Source of the DNA: Minisyncoccota bacterium | GTDB taxonomy: Bacteria > Patescibacteriota > Minisyncoccia > 2-02-FULL-40-12 > GWA2-44-9 | DNA length: 64,000 bases | Reading direction: 5' to 3' | NCBI GenBank assembly: GCA_018062285.1 | Contig: JAGOSO010000005.1 | Coordinates: 2,697 to 66,696, forward strand | Part shown: positions 56,371 to 64,000 of the stretch, in pieces | Numbering within the stretch: the stretch's first letter is position 1 | Layout of the letters: each line of letters opens with the position of its first letter | Notes under the pieces: model-generated | What the model was told of the DNA's origin: nothing | Database searches by the model: none | The model's input: only the letters and a program-made list of their open reading frames with translations | Program-made: the position numbers and the translations under genes

Positions 56371-58015
56371 GAGTTTTAATATATTTCTCGTAATTGTTGC
56401 GGTGTTTTTTTTGACACGATTGTTGGCTGTTGGCCAGATTTATCATCAAGATGAATATCGTTGGGCGGTTTTAACCAACCCTGTTTTTAATGCCTTTGTC
56501 AGTCCCCATCCTCCATTAACTAAATACTTCCTAAGATTTGTGGGGGAGTCATTTGGGTTTTTTAATCTTCGATACGCCATATTGTTCTTTAGTTTTTTAA
56601 ATTTGATTTTAGTTCATAAGGTTATTAAGAAAATAACCGGGCAAGTAAACATTGCGCTGTTGGGCTCTGCTCTCTTTGTTTTAAGTGCCTATGGTGCAAT
56701 TGCTGGTTTGCAGATAGATATAGACGGTGCAATTTTGCCATTTTTTGGCCTGCTTTCTTATTATGCTTATCTTCATGTTTTTGAAGATAAGAAGCGTTAT
56801 TTGTGGTGGGGTGTTTTTGCTCTGGCCTTAATCGGTGGGTTTTTAAGCAAAATAAGTTTTATCCTTTTCTTGTTGGCCATTATCGCTGACTACATATTTG
56901 TTTTGTTTGATTCTGGGAGATTTGATGCTAGGAAGATTTTTATTAAAGTTGCTAAGTTTGGCGGCACAATATTTTTAGTTGGTTTAGTGTTTTATTTTAT
57001 TTATTCGGATCGTCTCAGTAATGTTATTCAATACGCAGAGCATTTTAAATCTTTGAATTTTGGGTCACGAGCTTATTTTGATTTGGCGTTTAAGGTTATG
57101 AAATCTTTGGTCTGGTTATCACCCCTTCTTTTGTTGCCGACTGTCGCAGGTCTTTTTTCAAGAGAGATCTTTAAGAAATACAGATTCTGGTATCTCTATT
57201 TATTCTTTAATCTTATTTTCTACCTAGTTTTATTTGATTTTACCAATCTTACCATTGAGAGATATCTAATGTTTTTAATTATCCCAACGGCAATTATAAG
57301 CAGTGATGTTTTGTTTGGTTGGTTTAGAGATTTTGATTTTAAAAAATACAGCAAGACCATTATTTTTAGCCTACTCGTTTTTGTTGGTTTTACAGCTTTT
57401 GTTTTAAGTGTGCATCATGTTGCCTTGCCACTTAATCCCAAATCGGAATATGTTAATCAGATTAAACACCTAGATTTTAATTTCTTGCTGCCCTTAACAG
57501 GTGGTTCTGGCCCGGTTGGTTTCTATTTTTCAGCTAGCTTCATTTTGATATCTTGGATAGTCTCAATTATTGCTATTTTAGGTGCTGTGACTAGCAAAAA
57601 ATTGAGGAATCTTTCCATTATTATTTTTGTCATTATTGGTCTGGGGTATAACATCTTATTTTTAAATGAATATTTGTTTGGGAGTATTTTTGGTAGCGTC
57701 CCAAATATCACCAGAGATACCGTCAGTTATATTCAATCAGACCCAAAGATAACAAAAGTTATTACCTATTATGATATTGGAGCATATGACCTGACGGTTA
57801 TGGGTAAGTATTACTCAAGATTCTATACTGCGCCAAGTAGAGATTATACAAAAAAAATAACAGAATTCCGCGGGCAATATATGGTCGTAGATTTTCCGGG
57901 TATAGATAAAAATTCTTTGTACTGGAAGCTTATCACTCGTTGTCCAACAGTTAAAGAATTTAAAGACAAAGAGATAAATTCTTATGTTTTTGATTGTGGT
58001 TATGTGTATAAATAA
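56348..58015 (+). CDS. GT-C membrane glycosyltransferase (ArnT/PMT-like, GT39/GT83-type)
   Basis: 555 aa. About 12 TM helices. The first periplasmic loop has YHQDEYRW (DE motif). Confidence 0.65.
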   Translation: MSNPFKDRSFNIFLVIVAVFFLTRLLAVGQIYHQDEYRWAVLTNPVFNAFVSPHPPLTKYFLRFVGESFGFFNLRYAILFFSFLNLILVHKVIKKITGQVNIALLGSALFVLSAYGAIAGLQIDIDGAILPFFGLLSYYAYLHVFEDKKRYLWWGVFALALIGGFLSKISFILFLLAIIADYIFVLFDSGRFDARKIFIKVAKFGGTIFLVGLVFYFIYSDRLSNVIQYAEHFKSLNFGSRAYFDLAFKVMKSLVWLSPLLLLPTVAGLFSREIFKKYRFWYLYLFFNLIFYLVLFDFTNLTIERYLMFLIIPTAIISSDVLFGWFRDFDFKKYSKTIIFSLLVFVGFTAFVLSVHHVALPLNPKSEYVNQIKHLDFNFLLPLTGGSGPVGFYFSASFILISWIVSIIAILGAVTSKKLRNLSIIIFVIIGLGYNILFLNEYLFGSIFGSVPNITRDTVSYIQSDPKITKVITYYDIGAYDLTVMGKYYSRFYTAPSRDYTKKITEFRGQYMVVDFPGIDKNSLYWKLITRCPTVKEFKDKEINSYVFDCGYVYK

Positions 58016-58029
58016 TTTTTAATATTAAT

Positions 58030-59166
58030 ATGTCTTTTGTTTCTAAGATTAAAAATGGCCGATTGTTTATAAAATGTTTGGGTTATTCTCTTTTTCGTCA
58101 ATCTCCAAAAAAAACACCTCCTGATATCCGGTCGGTTATTGTTGCGCCGCTAGCCCAATTAGGAGATATGGTTTGTACTACCCCACTTTTTCGTGCTTTA
58201 AAGAAAAATAAACCAAGTTGGCACTTATCTGTGCTTGGTAAGCCCAACTATAAAGAATTATTAGCAAATAACGTTGATGTTGATGAGTATGTAAATAGCG
58301 GGGATCCTGACCATGTAATAAAAATCTTAAGAAACAAGACATATGATGTTGGCTTATTAACTATGCCGTCATTTGGTGGCCTGGCCATCCTTTATTTGGC
58401 GGGAGTTAAAATGATAATTGCCCCAAAGGTGACTGGGGGATTTAGTCCACAACAAACTTTATTGTATCGGTTGTTGCATAGACTAGTTGTTTCTGTCGAG
58501 TATCAGTACGATCGTTATGTCCCAAGAGAGCTATTAAAACTCCTAGAACCTTTGGGAATATTATCGCATACAACAAAAAAATACTTGGGCTACAGTTCAG
58601 AGGCGAGCCAGTGGGCTGATCAGCTTATCCAGGAAAAAGTTAAACCAGAGAAGTTGATAATTGGTTTATCTGTTTCTTCTGGTAACAAAATAAAAAATTG
58701 GGGAAGTGAAAAATTTGCTCGTTTGAGTGAGTATCTTTATAAAAAATACGAAGCTAATATTGTTTTAATAAGTTCTCGGGTCGACAAAGAAGAGGTCTCG
58801 GGATTTTTTAAAGAATTAGACTCAGATGTTCCTGTGCTAAGTGTTTCAGACATAACCCTTGATCAGCTTAAAGCATTGATAGCAAAGTTTAGCATGTTTG
58901 TCGGAGTTGATACGGGGCCAATTTATATCGCTGAAGCTTTTAATATTCCTACAGTAGATATTATTGGTCCAGTTTCAGAAAAAGAACAACCTCCTGTCGG
59001 CCCACTCAATCGAATTGTTTACCTAAAGAATCGCAAGTCTGCACCGGTACATATCTTTAATGCCCGTATTTTTGATAATGAGGAGGCTCGGCGCCAGTCT
59101 CAAGAAATATCATTTGAAATGGTTGCCTCCGAAATCGATAGTCTAATTCCTATGTTGATTAAGTAA
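58030..59166 (+). CDS. glycosyltransferase family 9 (heptosyltransferase-like)
   Basis: N-terminal SVIVAPLAQLGDMVCTTPLFRALKK matches the GT9 N-terminal consensus. 378 aa. Confidence 0.6.
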   Translation: MSFVSKIKNGRLFIKCLGYSLFRQSPKKTPPDIRSVIVAPLAQLGDMVCTTPLFRALKKNKPSWHLSVLGKPNYKELLANNVDVDEYVNSGDPDHVIKILRNKTYDVGLLTMPSFGGLAILYLAGVKMIIAPKVTGGFSPQQTLLYRLLHRLVVSVEYQYDRYVPRELLKLLEPLGILSHTTKKYLGYSSEASQWADQLIQEKVKPEKLIIGLSVSSGNKIKNWGSEKFARLSEYLYKKYEANIVLISSRVDKEEVSGFFKELDSDVPVLSVSDITLDQLKALIAKFSMFVGVDTGPIYIAEAFNIPTVDIIGPVSEKEQPPVGPLNRIVYLKNRKSAPVHIFNARIFDNEEARRQSQEISFEMVASEIDSLIPMLIK

Positions 59167-59172
59167 GAATTG

Positions 59173-59212
59173 AAAAAGCGGGGACCCGTAGGTCCCCGCC
59201 AGTGTTTTTTCT
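59173..59212. terminator. bidirectional terminator
   Basis: GCGGGGACC-CGTA-GGTCCCCGC followed by CAGTGTTTTTTCT. Confidence 0.7.
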
Positions 59213-60491
59213 AAAGCGGCTTTTCGCCGTCGACACTGATGATTGTTGGAACTGGCAGCGGCATGATGAGTTTGCCGCCCCGCTCAAGGAACTGCCGTTC
59301 TCTTTCCTTGAATTCAGCCGCAAAGTGCCACGGCAGAACCAGGAAGTAATCTGGCCGTTCGCTTCGGGCTTGTTCTTCGGAGATGATAGGGATTCCTGTT
59401 CCGATGGTGTACAGACCCCACTTGTCTTTGTTTCTCTCCGCAGCGGCCCCGATGAGCTTGCGGTCAAGATCAAAGTATTGAAGCAGGGTGTTCCCCTTGG
59501 TCGAGGCACCGTAGACGTAGATCTTTTTGCCGTAGAAAATTTCTTCTTGAATGAAAAACTTGATAGTTTTCTTGATTCCTTCGACCCTTTGGGAGAATGC
59601 CTGGTAGGCCTGGGCAGAATCAAGACCAAGGTTGGCCTCGTACAGACGCAGGCTTTCAAGGCGAACCTCGGAACCGATTGGTGCTTGAACCTCTCGGCTT
59701 TCTTTGTGCTTGATGTAGATCCGGAAGCTTCCACCGTTGATGTCGTTGATCTCGACATCGAAAACCTGAAGGCCGTGACGGACCAGGAGGTATTCCAGGG
59801 AAGCGAGGGAATAGTACTCCAGATGTTCGTGACAGATGTTGTCAAAAGCGTTTTGGGACAGCATCAAAGGTAGGTAGCTCATCTGAATGATGAACACACC
59901 TTCAGGATCGAGGCACTTTGCCACGTCTTTGACGAATCCGTTTGGGTCCTCCAGGTCGTAAAACATCGCGATTGCCGTGATGCCCTTGGCCTGAATTTTG
60001 CCAAACTTCTTTGCCCAAATGTCATGACTGAAAAAGTCGTTGAAAACGACGGCCGCATTCTTTTCAGTGTAGGGGATCAGGTTGCGGGCCGGCTCAAAGG
60101 CCACTGTCATCAGATCTTCGATTCCGTAGCTCTTGAGCAGGGTGCCGTCGTTGGCACCGATGTCGATCACGAAATCGCCAGGGTTGAGGCGGACAAGGTT
60201 TTTGACACGCTGAGCAATTGAGAACAGCTCATTTGTCATTGTCTTGTTCACGCCAGACCGGTACCAGTAGTTTCGGTACATGTCTTCGTGGGAAACTGTG
60301 TGGCGAAGCTGGAGTAATCCGCAACCACGATGTTCAGTAGCACAAAGAACCATTTCAAGAGGCTCTTGCTGTTTTGCTTGGGCTTCCTTGGTGAAGTCTG
60401 ACACGCAGAGCTTCCCAAGAGATAGGATTGGGGTAAGGGTCATTTGACCACAAACCCGGCATGATGTACGGGTCGTCGTTGGATTGCTCAT
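59211..60491 (-). CDS. NDP-sugar C-methyltransferase-like protein (TylCIII/TcaB9 family: N-terminal Zn ribbon + SAM MTase + C-terminal domain)
   Basis: N-terminal CRVCG...C...C. VIDIGANDGTLL motif I. DNICHEHLEYYS is conserved in sugar 3-C-methyltransferases. The start is set at the ATG with AAGGAAAGGA SD. The track start is a TTG at 60545. Confidence 0.7.
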   Translation of the reverse strand: MSNPTTTRTSCRVCGQMTLTPILSLGKLCVSDFTKEAQAKQQEPLEMVLCATEHRGCGLLQLRHTVSHEDMYRNYWYRSGVNKTMTNELFSIAQRVKNLVRLNPGDFVIDIGANDGTLLKSYGIEDLMTVAFEPARNLIPYTEKNAAVVFNDFFSHDIWAKKFGKIQAKGITAIAMFYDLEDPNGFVKDVAKCLDPEGVFIIQMSYLPLMLSQNAFDNICHEHLEYYSLASLEYLLVRHGLQVFDVEINDINGGSFRIYIKHKESREVQAPIGSEVRLESLRLYEANLGLDSAQAYQAFSQRVEGIKKTIKFFIQEEIFYGKKIYVYGASTKGNTLLQYFDLDRKLIGAAAERNKDKWGLYTIGTGIPIISEEQARSERPDYFLVLPWHFAAEFKERERQFLERGGKLIMPLPVPTIISVDGEKPL

Positions 60492-60583
60492 TTTCAAGGT
60501 CCTTTCCTTGGGACATATAGTACAACATTGTAGGCTTTTTAGCAACCTAGTTCTTTGCCTTTATATAATGTATATTGTAGATC

Positions 60584-61300
60584 ATGAAGGATATCGTCAT
60601 TATCCCAACTTATAACGAAAAAGATAATATTGAACCACTTGTTCGCGAGGTTTTTGCTACCGTGCCCGGTATTCATATTATGGTAACAGACGATAGTTCC
60701 CCAGATGGTACTGGGCAGATAGTGGAAAGACTCCAAGGTGAATTCCCAAAATTGAAGTTGTACAAGCGTTCAGAAAAGAATGGTTTAGGTGCGGCTTACA
60801 TAGCGTCATTCGCCAAAATCTTGTCTGAAGAAATTGATGTTGAACACATCATAATGATGGACGGTGATTATTCATTGCATCCTCGGTATTTGCCAGAAAT
60901 TTTAAGATTGGGGGAGAATCACGATATGGTGATTGGCTCTCGTTATATAAATGGTGGCCGTATTGAAGAATGGACATTTAGAAGACGTGTCTTAAGTTAT
61001 GGGGCGAGTATCTATTTGCGTATTCTTTTGAGTCCTAAGATTAGGGATTGGACTTGTGGCTACTGCTGCATAAAAAAATCAGCCCTTCAGAAGATTAATC
61101 TTAAAGAAATTACTTTCACTGGGTACGCATTTATTAGCGGATTAAAATACTATATCCTTAAATCTGGGGCAGATGTTGTGGAGACACCAATAACCCTAGA
61201 GGCTCGTCGTGGTGGTGAATCTAAGATGTCAGGATTCGTAATTAAGGAGGGGATAATTGGACCTTGGCAGATATTGCTAAAAAACCTAAGAAGTCGATAG
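60584..61300 (+). CDS. GT2 polyprenol-phosphate sugar synthase (Dpm1/CsbB-like)
   Basis: IVIIPTYNEKDNI, VTDDSSPDGT, and MDGDYSLHP (DxD). Confidence 0.8.
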   Translation: MKDIVIIPTYNEKDNIEPLVREVFATVPGIHIMVTDDSSPDGTGQIVERLQGEFPKLKLYKRSEKNGLGAAYIASFAKILSEEIDVEHIIMMDGDYSLHPRYLPEILRLGENHDMVIGSRYINGGRIEEWTFRRRVLSYGASIYLRILLSPKIRDWTCGYCCIKKSALQKINLKEITFTGYAFISGLKYYILKSGADVVETPITLEARRGGESKMSGFVIKEGIIGPWQILLKNLRSR

Positions 61301-63708
61301 TGTCTGTTATGATTATAAACAAAAAAACAGGTTTGATTTTATTGGCTAGTGTTGTGATGTTGGTGACCCTTTTTATTCCGCAGCTGTTTTTGAATCAAGC
61401 GTATTCTAATGGAGATGCTTTATTCGCTTTTTATCCCGCACTATCTTTTTATGCTAATCAAATAAGTTTGGGCGGTAATTTTTTGTGGTCTCATTCAATT
61501 TTGTCGGGGTTCCCGACTTATCTTGATTTGGTTGGCGGTTTTTATTCTCCGGTCACTCATTTTATTTTTAGCCACTGGAGCGTTGTTGCGGGTTACAATT
61601 TGGAAATATTTTTTAGTACTTCTCTTCTGTTTTTATTTTCTTATCTTTTTGCAAGACAATTAAAAATTTCTCAAGAAGGTTCTTTGTTGGTCGCGATATC
61701 TTATTCTTTCGGTTTTCATATGGGGCCGTGGAATAACAATATCACTGTTGTTAATGCGATGTTTGTTTTGCCAATGCTTCTTTTTTGTTTGGCGAAAGTT
61801 GGAGAGGGTAAGTACTGGTCGATTTTATTGGGCGGAGTTTTAACTGGTTACGCCTTAATCTCTGGCCAGCCGCAATGGGTTATCTTGGGTTTTGTTGGGG
61901 GAGGATTATATGTTCTGTTTAATGCGTGGAAAGATATTGTAAGTTTTAAATTTTCTCAGAAGGCTTTAATTTTAATTGGAAGTATTTTGGTGATGGCTGT
62001 TTTGGGTTTTTTGATTTCAGCTTTTCAGATTTTGCCATCACAGACAATAACTGCCCTGAGTGGACGCTCTGGTGGCTTGAGTTTCTCAGCTGCTCAAATT
62101 AATAGCCAGACCCCTTTTGACTGGCTTTGGTACTTACTGCCAGACTTAGGTTTTAAATACATCAACGGTCAAGAACCAACCTTGTATCTTGGTATTTTGC
62201 CATTAATTTTAGCTATCTTTGCTTTTTTCAAAACTAAAGGAGAGAACGAGTATTCAAAATTTGCTATTTGGCTTTTTGTTTTTGGTATAATTGCCGCATT
62301 TAAATATTCACCCCTGTTTTGGGTGATACATCAATTGCCAGTGTTCGGGTTTTTTAGAGGCTCAGACAGATGGATGTATATAGGTAATTTAGGGGTGGCA
62401 ATCCTGGCAGGTATTGGTTTGGATGCACTTCGTGTTCAAATTTCGAAAGATGTTATTTCTAGTTTAAAGAAATTTTTGGCATGGTTTGGCGGTTTTGTTG
62501 TGGTGTCGGCAAGTGTCGCCAATGTAATGTTTTTAATTTTTTCTAAGCGTTTTGAGATTTTCTTGTATAGATACTATGACTTGCATTATTATGCCCAATC
62601 AACCCACTTACCATTGGAGCATTATCATAACAGCATTAAATCTCTCGTAGATGACATATTTTGGAATATAAGTTTTTTGAATATCCGTTTCGTCTTAGCA
62701 TTGTTGTTTATTTTAGTTGGTTATTTATTTTTAAAAAATATTCAACAATCAAATAAACTGTCTTCTCGTCAGGTCGTTTTTATTATCTCTGCTTCTTTTA
62801 TAAATTTAGCCGTACTTAACTTTAATTATTATCAAATAATACCAAGTGCCTTGGTTGAAAGTAGGCCCGAACTCGCATCTTTTATTTCACAAAACATAAA
62901 CATGACTAACCCTGAAAGGTATTTTACTGTTATGCCTGGCCCAGCGGTTAATGAGATATTGCGTAGTCCAAGGGTGGGGGAAGTGACAAAGGGTGACCAG
63001 GTGGAATTCGAACGTGGAATGCTGGTTGTTAATGTTGGGATGCAATACGGGATTGATACTATTGATGGGTATAATAACTTAATGCCACAAAGGAGTGCCA
63101 AGATGCTTTCAGTCCTTGGGAGCGAGAGAACTAATATGTCTGGTTTGGCTGATAAAAAAGAAAATGTCGATGACAAGCTTAAGGAAATTTCCTCCCGCCT
63201 CCCACTACTCTCCATGTTGAACGTTAAGTATATTGTCTCCGCCTACGAACTCCCGTCATCTTCAAATCTGGTACTAATACACACAGCCCTAGTTACACGC
63301 TTTAAGATACCAATGTATTTGTATGAGAATAAGCTTGTTCTCCCAAGAGTCTACCTGGCCAATAGCATTGTCGGTATTCCAAGTGATGATGACGCTGCTT
63401 TTTTGGCAATTACTAATCAATCTAATGATTTCTCCAAGACTACATATCTAGAATGTGCAGATTGCCAGCCCAACCAACCTTCACCCAAGGATTCAATCAA
63501 AATCAATAAATACTCAGATGGCTTTCTTGGTGTGTCGGCCAACATCGCCAATGGTCGCTGGCTTGTCTTCTCAGAATCCAATCTCCCGGGCTGGAGTGTT
63601 ACAATAGATGGGCAACCAGTTGAGTCTGTCATGGCTAACTATCTATTCCATGGTCTGTATGTGCCTAAAGGGGAGCATGATATTCAATTTAATTATGTGG
63701 GGATATAG
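61264..63708 (+). CDS. YfhO-family large membrane protein (GT-C-like)
   Basis: 814 aa. More than 12 TM helices plus a large C-terminal extracytoplasmic domain. It immediately follows a Dpm1/CsbB-like GT2, as in the CsbB-YfhO arrangement. The start could be the internal Met at 61309. Confidence 0.65.
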   Translation: MADIAKKPKKSIVSVMIINKKTGLILLASVVMLVTLFIPQLFLNQAYSNGDALFAFYPALSFYANQISLGGNFLWSHSILSGFPTYLDLVGGFYSPVTHFIFSHWSVVAGYNLEIFFSTSLLFLFSYLFARQLKISQEGSLLVAISYSFGFHMGPWNNNITVVNAMFVLPMLLFCLAKVGEGKYWSILLGGVLTGYALISGQPQWVILGFVGGGLYVLFNAWKDIVSFKFSQKALILIGSILVMAVLGFLISAFQILPSQTITALSGRSGGLSFSAAQINSQTPFDWLWYLLPDLGFKYINGQEPTLYLGILPLILAIFAFFKTKGENEYSKFAIWLFVFGIIAAFKYSPLFWVIHQLPVFGFFRGSDRWMYIGNLGVAILAGIGLDALRVQISKDVISSLKKFLAWFGGFVVVSASVANVMFLIFSKRFEIFLYRYYDLHYYAQSTHLPLEHYHNSIKSLVDDIFWNISFLNIRFVLALLFILVGYLFLKNIQQSNKLSSRQVVFIISASFINLAVLNFNYYQIIPSALVESRPELASFISQNINMTNPERYFTVMPGPAVNEILRSPRVGEVTKGDQVEFERGMLVVNVGMQYGIDTIDGYNNLMPQRSAKMLSVLGSERTNMSGLADKKENVDDKLKEISSRLPLLSMLNVKYIVSAYELPSSSNLVLIHTALVTRFKIPMYLYENKLVLPRVYLANSIVGIPSDDDAAFLAITNQSNDFSKTTYLECADCQPNQPSPKDSIKINKYSDGFLGVSANIANGRWLVFSESNLPGWSVTIDGQPVESVMANYLFHGLYVPKGEHDIQFNYVGI

Positions 63709-63710
63709 AG

Positions 63711-64000
63711 ATGGAAAAAAACGAATATAAAAAAATGTTTGATTCCGAGAGCTCCTATTGGTGGTATGTGGGGCGTCGTTTTATTATTCGCGAATTCCTT
63801 AAAAAATATTTTCAGAAAAATGACAAACCAGTTCTTGATGTTGGCTGCGGCACTGGTGTAAATCTAAAATTATTAGAAGAATTTGGATCAGGAGTACTTG
63901 GTATCGATAGTTCTGAGGATGCCTTGAATTATTGTCGCTCGCGTGGCCTAAATAATGTAAGGATGATTGAGCAAGGCAAAGAATTGGCCGAACCAAACTC
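63711..64000 (+). CDS. class I SAM-dependent methyltransferase (3' end lies outside the window)
   Basis: VLDVGCGTGVNL motif I. The N-terminal WWY motif is shared with the 55615 methyltransferase (SESSYWWYVGRR vs VEKSHWWFQGRR), so the two are paralogous. Confidence 0.7.
   Translation, partial: MEKNEYKKMFDSESSYWWYVGRRFIIREFLKKYFQKNDKPVLDVGCGTGVNLKLLEEFGSGVLGIDSSEDALNYCRSRGLNNVRMIEQGKELAEPN

Noticed and set aside
59159-59873. 228-aa minus-frame and 223-aa plus-frame ORFs overlapping the C-methyltransferase gene
   Set aside because: Ser/Thr/Arg-rich low-complexity translations. The 59211-60491 minus frame carries SAM-binding and DNICHEH motifs.

Overview
This 64-kb window comes from a low-GC bacterial genome (about 33-42% GC, estimated by hand-counting 60-nt samples). 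Genes are tightly packed, mostly on the + strand, and often have overlapping stop and start codons. There are three main blocks. (1) 1-31.9 kb is a housekeeping and accessory mix. It holds a Fe-S-type TrpRS with a convergent tRNA-Trp(CCA), an RsuA-like pseudouridine synthase, LexA, a eukaryote-type arginine kinase, a kinase/ceramidase/SET/AlkZ-like operon, a RelA/SpoT-domain protein followed by a histidine phosphatase, two NUDIX hydrolases and a methyltransferase, PyrD, the phosphoketolase-acetate kinase pair, an ABC-F ATPase, CspA, pyruvate kinase, FKBP and ComEA. (2) 32.4-35.8 kb is a 1130-aa Ser/Thr/Ala/Gly-rich secreted protein, a candidate S-layer or surface protein, preceded by a ~580-bp leader. 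(3) 35.9-64 kb is a glycan-assembly locus of about 28 kb. It carries at least 9 GT-B (GT4/GT9) and 4 GT2 glycosyltransferases, 3-4 GT-C-type membrane transferases (TMTC-like, ArnT-like, YfhO-like), five SAM methyltransferases including a TylCIII-like sugar C-methyltransferase, a B12-binding radical SAM enzyme, an SDR epimerase/dehydratase and a YdjC-type deacetylase. Several genes sit in short GC-rich islands (52-57% GC): trpS, a GCS2-like ligase, the arginine kinase with its neighbour, and two membrane-protein pairs. This suggests patchy foreign origin. The gene content fits a reduced-genome, Patescibacteria/CPR-like organism, but that is inference from sequence only. I saw no CRISPR array, no rRNA, and no transposase or integrase. 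All calls rest on motif recognition by eye. No database searches were run.
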